Positions 25,281-32,000 of a stretch of DNA of 32,000 nt are shown here, piece by piece. Each line of letters begins with the position of its first letter. Positions within the stretch are counted from its first letter, which is position 1. The translations under genes were made by a program, and so were the position numbers. Origin of the DNA: Candidatus Electrothrix yaqonensis (GTDB lineage: Bacteria; Desulfobacterota; Desulfobulbia; Desulfobulbales; Desulfobulbaceae); the NCBI GenBank assembly GCA_047651235.1, contig CP178758.1, positions 990,001 through 1,022,000 of the forward strand. Reading direction: 5' to 3'. The notes beneath the pieces are model-generated. The model did no database searches. It was not told where the DNA came from and saw nothing but the letters and a program-made list of their open reading frames with translations.

Positions 25281-26012
25281 TCACTCCTGTTGGCCATGTT
25301 TTCCGGGAGGAACAATTTTATATTTTTTTACAATAAACAACTCGAGCTCCGGAAGAAACACGACAAAAAAATTATTGACAAGTTTTTCCAGCCTGAGGGT
25401 ACTACTGCGAAACATTTCTTCTTTTTCAGCGAGATATGCAATAAACTTCTTTCTGTATCTGCTGAGTCGATCCTCATGCAGTTCGTGAGAGTCTTTAAAT
25501 AAGACAAAAAGGCTCTGTATCCTTTCCAGTTCAGCCTCAGCAAAACAGCCTGAAAAAGCTATCTTTTTCCGTTTCACCCTGAACTCCTCGGTAAACGTGT
25601 TCAGCTCCACCAATGTGGTTTGTATTTTTCCCTTATGTGTCAATCTTTCCTTTGCCGCCGGATAGTTCGCATACTCTTGCAGAGAGATACTCGTTCCGGA
25701 TATAATGCTTGATAAATGCAGGCACTTATCGAAAATAAATGTCAGTCTGAACAGAATGTCCTCAATCAAGTAGACAGAATATTTGACATGGCATTGTTTT
25801 TCCTGCTTCTCCTTGGCAAGAAGATCAATCAGCATATAAATCTGCTCTATGGAATCTAATATATCAATAATCCTTTCAAGAAAATCAATATCTGTCTTTT
25901 GATATTTTTTCTCGGATTCCAGAGCTTTCTGAAAAATCGGAACAATATACGGAAGAAGATCATTCAGGACAGGGTGTTTTTTAATTTTCTTATATGCGGT
26001 ATTCAATTTCAT
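25281..26012 (-). CDS. hypothetical all-helical Lys/Glu-rich protein (orphan, AT-rich)
   Basis: 243-aa ORF in an AT-richer islet next to tRNA-Arg. No recognisable family motif. Confidence 0.5.
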   Translation of the reverse strand: MKLNTAYKKIKKHPVLNDLLPYIVPIFQKALESEKKYQKTDIDFLERIIDILDSIEQIYMLIDLLAKEKQEKQCHVKYSVYLIEDILFRLTFIFDKCLHLSSIISGTSISLQEYANYPAAKERLTHKGKIQTTLVELNTFTEEFRVKRKKIAFSGCFAEAELERIQSLFVLFKDSHELHEDRLSRYRKKFIAYLAEKEEMFRSSTLRLEKLVNNFFVVFLPELELFIVKKYKIVPPGKHGQQE

Positions 26013-26132
26013 GTCAGGATTTGTCGGATCTCAAAGCGTCAATCAGCAAGGGAGCGCTTTTTTCAATGTCCGGGCGGAAAAAAAGCCTTTCCGGTTCCGT
26101 GAAAATATTGTACTGTTTCAGCCCTGTCTCAG

Positions 26133-26209
26133 GCGCCCGTAGCTCAGCCGGATAGAGCATCGGACTTCGAATCCGAGTGCCGGGGGTTCGAATCCCTCCG
26201 GGCGCGCCA
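26133..26209 (+). tRNA. tRNA-Arg (anticodon TCG)
   Basis: Manual cloverleaf, 77 nt. Acceptor GCGCCCG/CGGGCGC, D arm GCTC/GAGC, anticodon stem TCGGA/TCCGA with loop CT-TCG-AA, T arm GGGGG-TTCGAAT-CCCTC, encoded CCA. Confidence 0.9.
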
Positions 26210-26263
26210 AATTATTTCAACAGCTTGCCTTGCCGTTTAAAAGATATCTGATTCTTCGCAACA

Positions 26264-26379
26264 CGAATTATGCGATTGGCTTGATAACCGGTGAATTTTG
26301 TTCAACTGGCCCCTTTGTATTCATACGGAGTAAACTTATTGTAGCAATTGAATTTCCTGTTTTCAACTGCGTAACTCCT
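26264..26379. repeat. MITE-like element, copy B (degenerate left end)
   Basis: The last 22 nt, TGTTTTCAACTGCGTAACTCCT, are identical to copy A. The rest aligns by eye in the same orientation (for example TTTTGTTCAACTG, TTATTGTAGCAATTGA). The left arm GAATTATGCGATTGG differs from copy A at 4 of 15 positions. Confidence 0.7.
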
Positions 26380-26731
26380 CCTATGTTAAGCCAACCTGCT
26401 TTTTTCCGCCCATAACCGTTGTTCTGTTCTCGAAAATAGGCAGCTACCGGGATCTTTCTCCTCAGCTCAGTATTCGATATTCGACTCTCCGAATTCCCTC
26501 CGAAACGCCCTCCTTAACACTTCTTTTCTTTACCCTGCATGACTGGGCATCGAATACTCGGACTGTATAAAAAGAACACGTTGCCGCCGGATATTTCGGT
26601 AAAAAAACACCCACATTCAAGCAGGATAACAGAACGCCTATCGGTCAGTCACAAATAGGAATACAATTTTGTATCGATACTACAAGGTGTTATCTTTTTG
26701 TTAGACTTCCGTTAGGATTTCATTAGAAAAC

Positions 26732-26748
26732 AGGCATGGATTTGGCAT
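26732..26748 (+). promoter_or_regulatory. candidate sigma-54 (-24/-12) promoter upstream of the CZB gene
   Basis: AGGCATGGATTTGGCAT against the consensus TGGCACG-N4-TTGCW. GG (26733-34) and GC (26745-46) have the canonical 12-nt register. It lies about 100 nt upstream of ATG 26848. Palindromes ATACAAttTTGTAT / GTATCGATAC at 26661-26680 could be an activator site. Confidence 0.35.
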
Positions 26749-26847
26749 TTAAAAATATAAGGAAATCAAAAAGATGACTCCGGTCGGAATTATTGACGGG
26801 GGTCGAAAAGTTCAGCTCAAGATTCATACAATACAGGGGGCCAAATT

Positions 26848-27207
26848 ATGGACATTCTAAATCTGCAGGCAGCAACGATAGCGCATTTGCAGTGGAAACT
26901 GAAACTGTCTGAGTTTGTCAACGGAGTGGAAGACCTGTCCTCTTCACAGGTACCGGATCATACTACCTGTGAATTCGGGAAATGGCTGTATAATTCCGGC
27001 CTGCAGGAGCTTTCCGGATTTCATGAGATGAAGGAACTGGTCCCCCTGCACAGAGAGATTCACGACAAGATCAGGCATGTGGTCGGCATGCCGAAAGAAG
27101 CGAGAAAAGCAGCTGAGGGGAGAAAAGCCATAGAAGAATTCAGATCAAAATGTGACAGGTTTGTCCATCTGCTTGACTCTGTGGAGGCACGGGCCAAAAC
27201 CATGTAG
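26848..27207 (+). CDS. CZB (chemoreceptor zinc-binding) domain protein, standalone
   Basis: HLQWKLKL...DHTTCEFGKWLY...LHREIHDKI gives the H..W / C.lGkWl / H...H zinc-ligand pattern. SD AGGGGG before the ATG. Confidence 0.8.
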   Translation: MDILNLQAATIAHLQWKLKLSEFVNGVEDLSSSQVPDHTTCEFGKWLYNSGLQELSGFHEMKELVPLHREIHDKIRHVVGMPKEARKAAEGRKAIEEFRSKCDRFVHLLDSVEARAKTM

Positions 27208-27261
27208 CAGCAGTTCAAGCAGTTCATATAATTCATCCCGACCACTGAATATTTCAACCTG

Positions 27262-27302
27262 ATCCCCCATCCTGCCCGGATGGGGGATTCCCTTTTGTTT
27301 TT
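27262..27302 (+). terminator. rho-independent terminator of the CZB gene
   Basis: ATCCCCCATCC tgccc GGATGGGGGAT (11-bp perfect stem) followed by tcccTTTTGTTTTT. Confidence 0.85.
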
Positions 27303-27399
27303 CAGCGGTTTTTCAACGATTTCCTGTTCCGCTTCTTCCCAAGTCAACCTGATACGCTTTGCTCAAAAGCGCATCGGCACGGCGTAACACTCCGGAAAA

Positions 27400-28590
27400 T
27401 CAGAGCGTTACCGTCTGCTTCGCCACAGGATACAGCTTCTCATTCACCCCGTCTTCAGGTATGCTGAAACCCTTGATCGCCTTGGGCGGGAACAGACGAT
27501 AAAACAGGATGATATCCACCTCGGTTATGCTCGGATCTGCAAGCGTATAGGTCAGCTCACGGCTCTCCCCGGCCTTGAGCCGTGTATCAAAGGCCACTCC
27601 GTCTGCCGCCCAGGAAGGCACGCCTTTTTCCTCACCTGCCTTGAAGGCTTTGAAGAACAGGGCCTGCTTGTCCTCCATCGGGCTGTCGGTAAAATTCTCC
27701 CAGACCTTGTTGCCCTCCTTGTCCTTGGCCACGACCTTGATAAAAGCCATCCGCATGGGGTTGGTGGACGGAAAGGTGTGTTTGATCATGTTGTTGACCG
27801 TCACGACAAGGTGCCATTTTTTCCCTTCTGTTTTGAGCTCAGTTTCAAGGGTTGCCGCCTTTTCCAACATCTCCATATCATGGCCGCCGGGCATCCTGTG
27901 TGAGCGGTGCGTTTTTGCTGCAGCGTTTACGGTCGGGCTTCCTTCCGCTTCGGACATATGGCAGGAGATGCAGTTGCCGTCAGCCTCATCCTTCATCATG
28001 CAGATGGGTACATCCTTCCCGTTCAGCTTGTGGCTGTGGCAGCCCATACAGACTTGTCCCTCTGCAAAAAGGGCAGACTGCGCCATTTTGTGCGGCGCCT
28101 TTGCATTGACCGGACGGCTGGTATGGAAGGCGCCGTCTTTGTTGAGGCGATACTGATTAAACATCTTTTTCTCAACAATACTGTCAATGCGGTGACAGAA
28201 GGTGCAGCCTGTTCCTTCGTTATGCGTCCAGTTGCTGCTGTCCAGTTCCGCCTTGCCGGACATCAGATCTTTTAGATTATCCGCCATCGGGGCATGGCAG
28301 TTGGCGCAGTGGTAATTTCCCTGTTTGCCTTGTTGCTCCATAGCCTTGAGAAAGGCCTGATGGACAGCGCCGTGGGCAGGATCTTTCAGGGCCGAAGAAT
28401 TAGCGTGAAAGGACTCCTGCCATTCTTGGTAGATAACAGGGTGACAGGAAGCGCATGTTTCGGATTTAACCAACGGCACAGCACCTTCGGGCAGCTCATG
28501 GCTGTATGCGTTCGAGGAACAGCAGAAGGCTGCGCCGCAGATCAGCGCCATTGACCAATACTTCATCTTGTTCAACTTCGTCTTTATCAT
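27400..28590 (-). CDS. periplasmic pentahaem c-type cytochrome with C-terminal beta-rich domain
   Basis: Five CxxCH motifs (CASCH, CANCH, CTFCH, CMGCH, CISCH). Signal peptide. AAGGAG 7 nt upstream of ATG 28590. Confidence 0.85.
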   Translation of the reverse strand: MIKTKLNKMKYWSMALICGAAFCCSSNAYSHELPEGAVPLVKSETCASCHPVIYQEWQESFHANSSALKDPAHGAVHQAFLKAMEQQGKQGNYHCANCHAPMADNLKDLMSGKAELDSSNWTHNEGTGCTFCHRIDSIVEKKMFNQYRLNKDGAFHTSRPVNAKAPHKMAQSALFAEGQVCMGCHSHKLNGKDVPICMMKDEADGNCISCHMSEAEGSPTVNAAAKTHRSHRMPGGHDMEMLEKAATLETELKTEGKKWHLVVTVNNMIKHTFPSTNPMRMAFIKVVAKDKEGNKVWENFTDSPMEDKQALFFKAFKAGEEKGVPSWAADGVAFDTRLKAGESRELTYTLADPSITEVDIILFYRLFPPKAIKGFSIPEDGVNEKLYPVAKQTVTL

Positions 28591-28618
28591 CAGGAATCTC
28601 CTTGTAAAATAGCATTCT

Positions 28619-28652
28619 GCAAAGGAGCCGATTCGCAGACCGGCTCCTTTGC
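28619..28652 (-). terminator. hairpin between pepP-like gene and cytochrome gene (weak terminator or processing/stabiliser hairpin)
   Basis: Perfect 12-bp stem GCAAAGGAGCCG / CGGCTCCTTTGC with a 10-nt loop, 27 nt after the stop at 28680. Only an interrupted T-run follows on the minus strand. Confidence 0.4.
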
Positions 28653-28679
28653 CGTATCCTTGCAGCGTTACAAATAAAA

Positions 28680-29786
28680 TTACAGCTCCAGCCCGGTCAG
28701 ATCCTTATTCAAAATCTCACAGCCGTCCTCCCGGACAACCACCATGTTTTCCAGTCGGATACCGCCCCAGTCAGGCAGATAGATACCCGGTTCCACAGTG
28801 ACGATCATGCCGGGCTGCAGTTTCTGTTTGCTTCTCGGACTGAGACTTGGTGCCTCATGGACTGCCAGTCCGACCCCGTGCCCCAGGCTGTGGCCGAAAA
28901 AATCACCGTATCCGGCTTCCGCGATCACCCTGCGTGCAGCTTTGTCCGCATCCCGGCAGGAAACTCCGGCCCGGATTGCCTTCATCCCGGCCAGCTGGGC
29001 CTTGCGCACCACCCGAAGCCGTCGGACAAACTTTCTTTTCGGTTTACCGACCACAAAGGTGCGGGTCATGTCCGAGCAGTAGCCCTGCAGGACAAGGCCC
29101 ATATCAATCAGGACGATCTCGCCAGACCGCAGCACCCGGTTCGTAGGCACAGCATGGGGTTTGGCCGCATTGCTGCCGAACGCGACAATCGTGTCAAAAC
29201 TCGACCCTTCCGCGCCCATCTTCCGCATAGTCTGCTCCAGGGCCAGGGCAATCTCAATCTCACTCATGCCCGGTTCAATGATTTTGTACACGGTCTGAAA
29301 AACCTGCTCATTGAGAAGCACGGATTTTTTCAGGAGCTGAATTTCTTTTTCCGTTTTGATCTTCCGCATCCGTTCAATCAGCCCGGTCAGCGGCTCCAGT
29401 TCAACCCCGATCTTGCCCGTCATTTTCTGCAGCCGGGCTGCCGAGGAGTGGAGGAAGTAATGGGATTCAAAACCTAACCGCTCTATCTTCAGGGCGGGCA
29501 ACAGTTTTCTGAGCAGGGCCAACAGTCCCTTTTTGTAGAGTTCAACCGTGAACTCGGCAGCCTCCTGCTCTGCCTGCAGTTGAAAACGGGAGTCGGTCAG
29601 CAGCAAGGGCCTGCCTTTTTTCGGAATCAGCAGCATCCCGGAACTTTCCTGAATACCGTGGTCAGCAGCTGTGTAGCCGCTCAGATAACGCCGGTTTTCC
29701 GGTTGGGAAATCAGAACGGCATCCAGCTTACGCCGCTGCAGGGCTTTCCGGACTTTACGGATTCGTTGTTTTATCTGGTCTGTCAT
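28680..29786 (-). CDS. pepP: Xaa-Pro aminopeptidase / M24 family metallopeptidase
   Basis: Creatinase-like N-domain (LDAVLISQPENRRYLSGY) and M24 core motifs (DMGLVLQGYCSDMTRTF, HSLGHGVGLAVHEAP, VEPGIY, RLEN). Confidence 0.9.
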   Translation of the reverse strand: MTDQIKQRIRKVRKALQRRKLDAVLISQPENRRYLSGYTAADHGIQESSGMLLIPKKGRPLLLTDSRFQLQAEQEAAEFTVELYKKGLLALLRKLLPALKIERLGFESHYFLHSSAARLQKMTGKIGVELEPLTGLIERMRKIKTEKEIQLLKKSVLLNEQVFQTVYKIIEPGMSEIEIALALEQTMRKMGAEGSSFDTIVAFGSNAAKPHAVPTNRVLRSGEIVLIDMGLVLQGYCSDMTRTFVVGKPKRKFVRRLRVVRKAQLAGMKAIRAGVSCRDADKAARRVIAEAGYGDFFGHSLGHGVGLAVHEAPSLSPRSKQKLQPGMIVTVEPGIYLPDWGGIRLENMVVVREDGCEILNKDLTGLEL

Positions 29787-29977
29787 AGAGGTTCATTCGG
29801 AGGATTCGTGTTGTACCTGCGTTCATTATCAGGGGAAGTCAGCCATCATAGCATCCTGAGTATGTTATCGCAATTCGGCAGTGCGCAGGCAGGGATTTTT
29901 TTTGTGAAGAGAAAAGGAAAAAAAATTTTAGGGAAAGAAGAAATTGTACTACTCTGCACCTATTTCTACTTTGGCAC

Positions 29978-30789
29978 TCACAAAGGCTGTGGTAATAATT
30001 TGCAATTCGGTTGTTTCTCATATGCGAAATCAATCGAAGCTTGCCTCTTTTCATGCCGTTGACAAAGCTGTCTTATAACTTCATCTTCGTTTACATCTCG
30101 ACGTGGAAGAATTGACTTGAGTAATGTTGTTATATCAGCGCAACTCAATAACGGGACACCGACTTGATGGTATAATCGTTGCTCGACCATAAACAACATG
30201 GCCATCATGACCATAGTCATATGATGATGCCAAGCCAGCCATCCCCGAGCCTTAGCCTTAAGACAACGTTCCTTGTCATCCGTCCAGCTTTTCGGTAAAT
30301 ACAGCCGATAGTCGATTGGCGTGGAAAAACGGCCATATCCCAAAGTCGCGAACACTGCTACCTGACAGTTGTCGGTTTTACCAAGCTGCCCGCACCATTG
30401 ACGAGAAACCCCAACAGACATTTTACCCTTTTTGGGTATCCCGGATTCATCAATAAAAAGAGCGCTATCTTCCTTTCCTCCAAAAATGTTATCCGCATCT
30501 TTAGCTACTTGGTTGTTTACAGGACGCCAATCCCAGTTCGATTCGGAAAGAAAATACTGGAGGGGCTCATATTTAACGCCCGGAACCTTTTCCTCCATAC
30601 GTTCCATGTTTTTTTGTCAGACTGGAATAAACCTTTCAAGTATTGGAATGCTTTATCTGACAAACTTACCGTATGTCTCTTAAAAAAGAGATGATATCTT
30701 TCGTGAAAAGACGTAAGTTGCCGGGCGATGCCGGTCAACTCAAAGAATTTGTCATGGGGACTTCTTTTTTCGGGGCTGGGAGCGTTCAT
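29978..30789 (-). pseudogene. IS701-family DDE transposase remnant (frameshifted and internally deleted)
   Basis: The N-terminal piece (30517-30789: AFQYLKGLFQSDKK) and the body (29978-30607: MERMEEKVPGVKYEPLQYFLSESNWDW...LFIDESGIPKKG..SVGVSRQWCGQLGK..NCQV) are in different frames, switching at an A7/T7 run near 30608-30614. The sequence jumps from CLKAKA directly to the C-terminal GWLAWHHH motif, so the central catalytic part is missing. Confidence 0.75.
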
Positions 30790-30935
30790 AAAAAGAATAA
30801 AGTTATAATCAGGGCGATTGACGGGTATTTTTTTGATAGCTGTTATCAGGTGCTAGCTTGATCAAAAAGCGATAAAATCTTCCTAATGAAAGATACAACT
30901 TTATCCGGATATTGCAAGAAGTTTTTACAAATAGA

Positions 30936-31118
30936 TCAAAAGGTTATGGTTGACAAAGTAGAAGTAAGCTCGTTCTTCAGATCATCTATCTTCTCCGCTA
31001 TATCCTCCTGCTCTTCCTTCATTAAGGAATCAAAATTTCCCCGCATTTCATCCAGCTTTCTCTCAATTTTGTTGATTGCATAGACTGAAGGAGCTGCCGC
31101 TCTGATCTTTCTCAGCAT
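30936..31118 (-). CDS. small charged coiled-coil-like ORF (doubtful)
   Basis: The 60-aa ORF INKIERKLDEMRGNFDSLMKEEQEDIAEKIDDLKNEL looks more protein-like than the Ser-rich antisense ORF. No other support. Confidence 0.25.
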   Translation of the reverse strand: MLRKIRAAAPSVYAINKIERKLDEMRGNFDSLMKEEQEDIAEKIDDLKNELTSTLSTITF

Positions 31119-31284
31119 ATCAAAATAAAGCTCCAGCGAAAGGCGTATAGCTGGAGCAGTATAAACTGAATACAGGATCAGCTATCTGAAAGGCGTGAAG
31201 GCAAAACTTATGCCTCTTGTGGGCATATTCAAATTATGTTGCTCCAGCTATACCTGCTCAATCTCGTCCGCTGTAAAATGCAGC

Positions 31285-31521
31285 TCATCCTGTTCCGAAA
31301 ACAGGGAAAAATTCATTGCCTATTATTTCCTTTTTCAGGAAGCTGAATTTTTTTTCAGAAAGATGTGTTTCCAGGGAGGAAATCGCTTCCTTGCTGATTG
31401 TCAGCTTTGTCTTCTGAGTGCTGGGTGCTGTTTCGGCTGGCTCTTCGGCAAAACAAAGAGAGGATGCCGGAAACATCAGAAACATCAGGCAGAAAAAAAA
31501 GAGAAAACTACGTTGCAACAT
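31285..31521 (-). CDS. small secreted protein (doubtful)
   Basis: MLQRSFLFFFCLMFLMFPASSLCFA/EEP is signal-peptide-like. 78 aa counted from the internal ATG 31521. No homology recognised. Confidence 0.3.
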   Translation of the reverse strand: MLQRSFLFFFCLMFLMFPASSLCFAEEPAETAPSTQKTKLTISKEAISSLETHLSEKKFSFLKKEIIGNEFFPVFGTG

Positions 31522-31667
31522 CGTGATAATCTTTTTGAGTTGAATAAGCATTTCGGTTGCCGTGACTGTTTGTCACGGCAGTCTCAATCTGATACCCGCC
31601 GGGCAAGGCGGAATAAATAGCAAAATTATAAGTTCGCACAAGATGAAGAGGATACGTCAGCTACCCT

Positions 31668-32000
31668 TTATGCAAGACTCCGCAGAGCATTCCGGATCAG
31701 TTCATCCACCTTCATGGCCGCAGCACGGTCCGGGTCTGCCTGCTGCACGGCACGCAGGGCCTGCCAGGCTGTTTCTGCGGGATAGCCGAGATTGACCAGG
31801 GCCGAGGCCGCATCCTGCAGGGCAAAGCCTTCGCTGCGGGGCGGAGCAGACTTTTTAGTTTGACCCGGTACTTGGGCAGACTGATCTCCGGTAAAGGAGC
31901 CAACCTTGTCGGCCAGTTCCATGCAGAGCCGCTGGGCTGTCTTTTTTCCCACCCCGGACAGGGCGGTCAGCCGGCTCATATCCTTCAGGCTGATTGCACT
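31668..32000 (-). CDS. ruvA: Holliday junction branch migration protein RuvA, C-terminal part (gene continues beyond window end)
   Basis: The frame is open to base 32000. LTALSGVGKKTAQRLCMELADKV (second HhH motif) and the domain III tail LQDAASALVNLGYPAETAWQALRAV. Confidence 0.85.
   Translation of the reverse strand, partial: SAISLKDMSRLTALSGVGKKTAQRLCMELADKVGSFTGDQSAQVPGQTKKSAPPRSEGFALQDAASALVNLGYPAETAWQALRAVQQADPDRAAAMKVDELIRNALRSLA

Noticed and set aside
25186-25284. N-terminal extension of the NUDIX ORF (start at 25284, overlapping the upstream orphan)
   Set aside because: The internal ATG at 25185 has a well-placed AAGGAG. The extension encodes a low-complexity Phe/Leu/Ser leader with no SD.
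14974-26379. Idea that the two repeat copies delimit one 11.4-kb mobile or composite island
   Set aside because: The interior is mostly host-like GC-rich housekeeping-type genes (lipid acyltransferases, c-di-GMP sensor) that continue the same minus-strand array outside the repeats. There is no integrase or transposase inside. Two independent MITE-like insertions are the simpler explanation.
31558-31611. Two hairpins after the ruvA stop (TGCCGTGAC-tgttt-GTCACGGCA; CCGCC-gggcaa-GGCGG) as terminators
   Set aside because: Neither is followed by a T-run on the minus strand. They may still act as weak terminators or stabilisers, but the evidence is insufficient to annotate them.
1-32000. Search for CRISPR arrays, rRNA, retron/DGR-type reverse transcriptases, integrases and toxin-antitoxin pairs
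   Set aside because: No regularly spaced direct repeats, no RT or integrase motifs in any long ORF, and no small adjacent two-gene cassettes were seen.

Overview
This is a chromosomal segment from a moderately GC-rich bacterium. The gene content (fused cobA/hemD, hemC, multihaem c-type cytochrome, haem-c DUF3365 sensor, a sigma-54-like promoter) suggests an anaerobic Thermodesulfobacteriota/deltaproteobacterium-like host, but that is inference only. All family calls come from motif recognition by eye; no searches were run.

Layout:
- 1-5.7 kb, plus strand: hydantoinase-B tail, a DUF2330-like protein, a large secreted M1-peptidase/ChaN/PDZ fusion, a HEPN/RES-NTD1-like stub and a small membrane protein.
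- 5.7-26 kb, one long minus-strand array: HsdR_N-like protein, FG-GAP propeller protein, OM beta-barrel, cereblon-like CULT protein, cobA/hemD, an AAA ATPase, hemC, nitroreductase, a pRiA4b-ORF3-like protein, a zinc-ribbon orphan, a deoxyhypusine-synthase-like protein, a haem-c/PAS/GGDEF/EAL sensor, a small hypothetical, an Aas-like acyltransferase-ACP-ligase, two PlsC paralogues, a NUDIX hydrolase and a helical orphan.
- 26-32 kb: tRNA-Arg(TCG), a CZB protein (+), a pentahaem cytochrome (-), Xaa-Pro aminopeptidase (-), a decayed IS701-family transposase, and the ruvA 3' part.

Five stretches look AT-richer by eye and hold the accessory or orphan content: about 4.85-5.4, 11.3-12.6, 14.96-16.1, 25.2-26.85 and 29.8-31.65 kb.

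I found no CRISPR array, rRNA, intact transposase or integrase, or complete known defence system.

The most noteworthy observations are:
- a roughly 117-bp element with 17-bp perfect terminal inverted repeats, present in two direct copies;
- an AT-richer ABC/SMC-type ATPase wedged into the hemC-cobA/hemD operon next to a 14-bp GC-rich palindrome;
- a cereblon-like CULT gene overlapping cobA/hemD;
- a lipid cluster with three HX4D acyltransferase modules and an embedded carrier domain;
- unusual multidomain secreted and sensor proteins.

None of these can be proven to be a new system from sequence alone.
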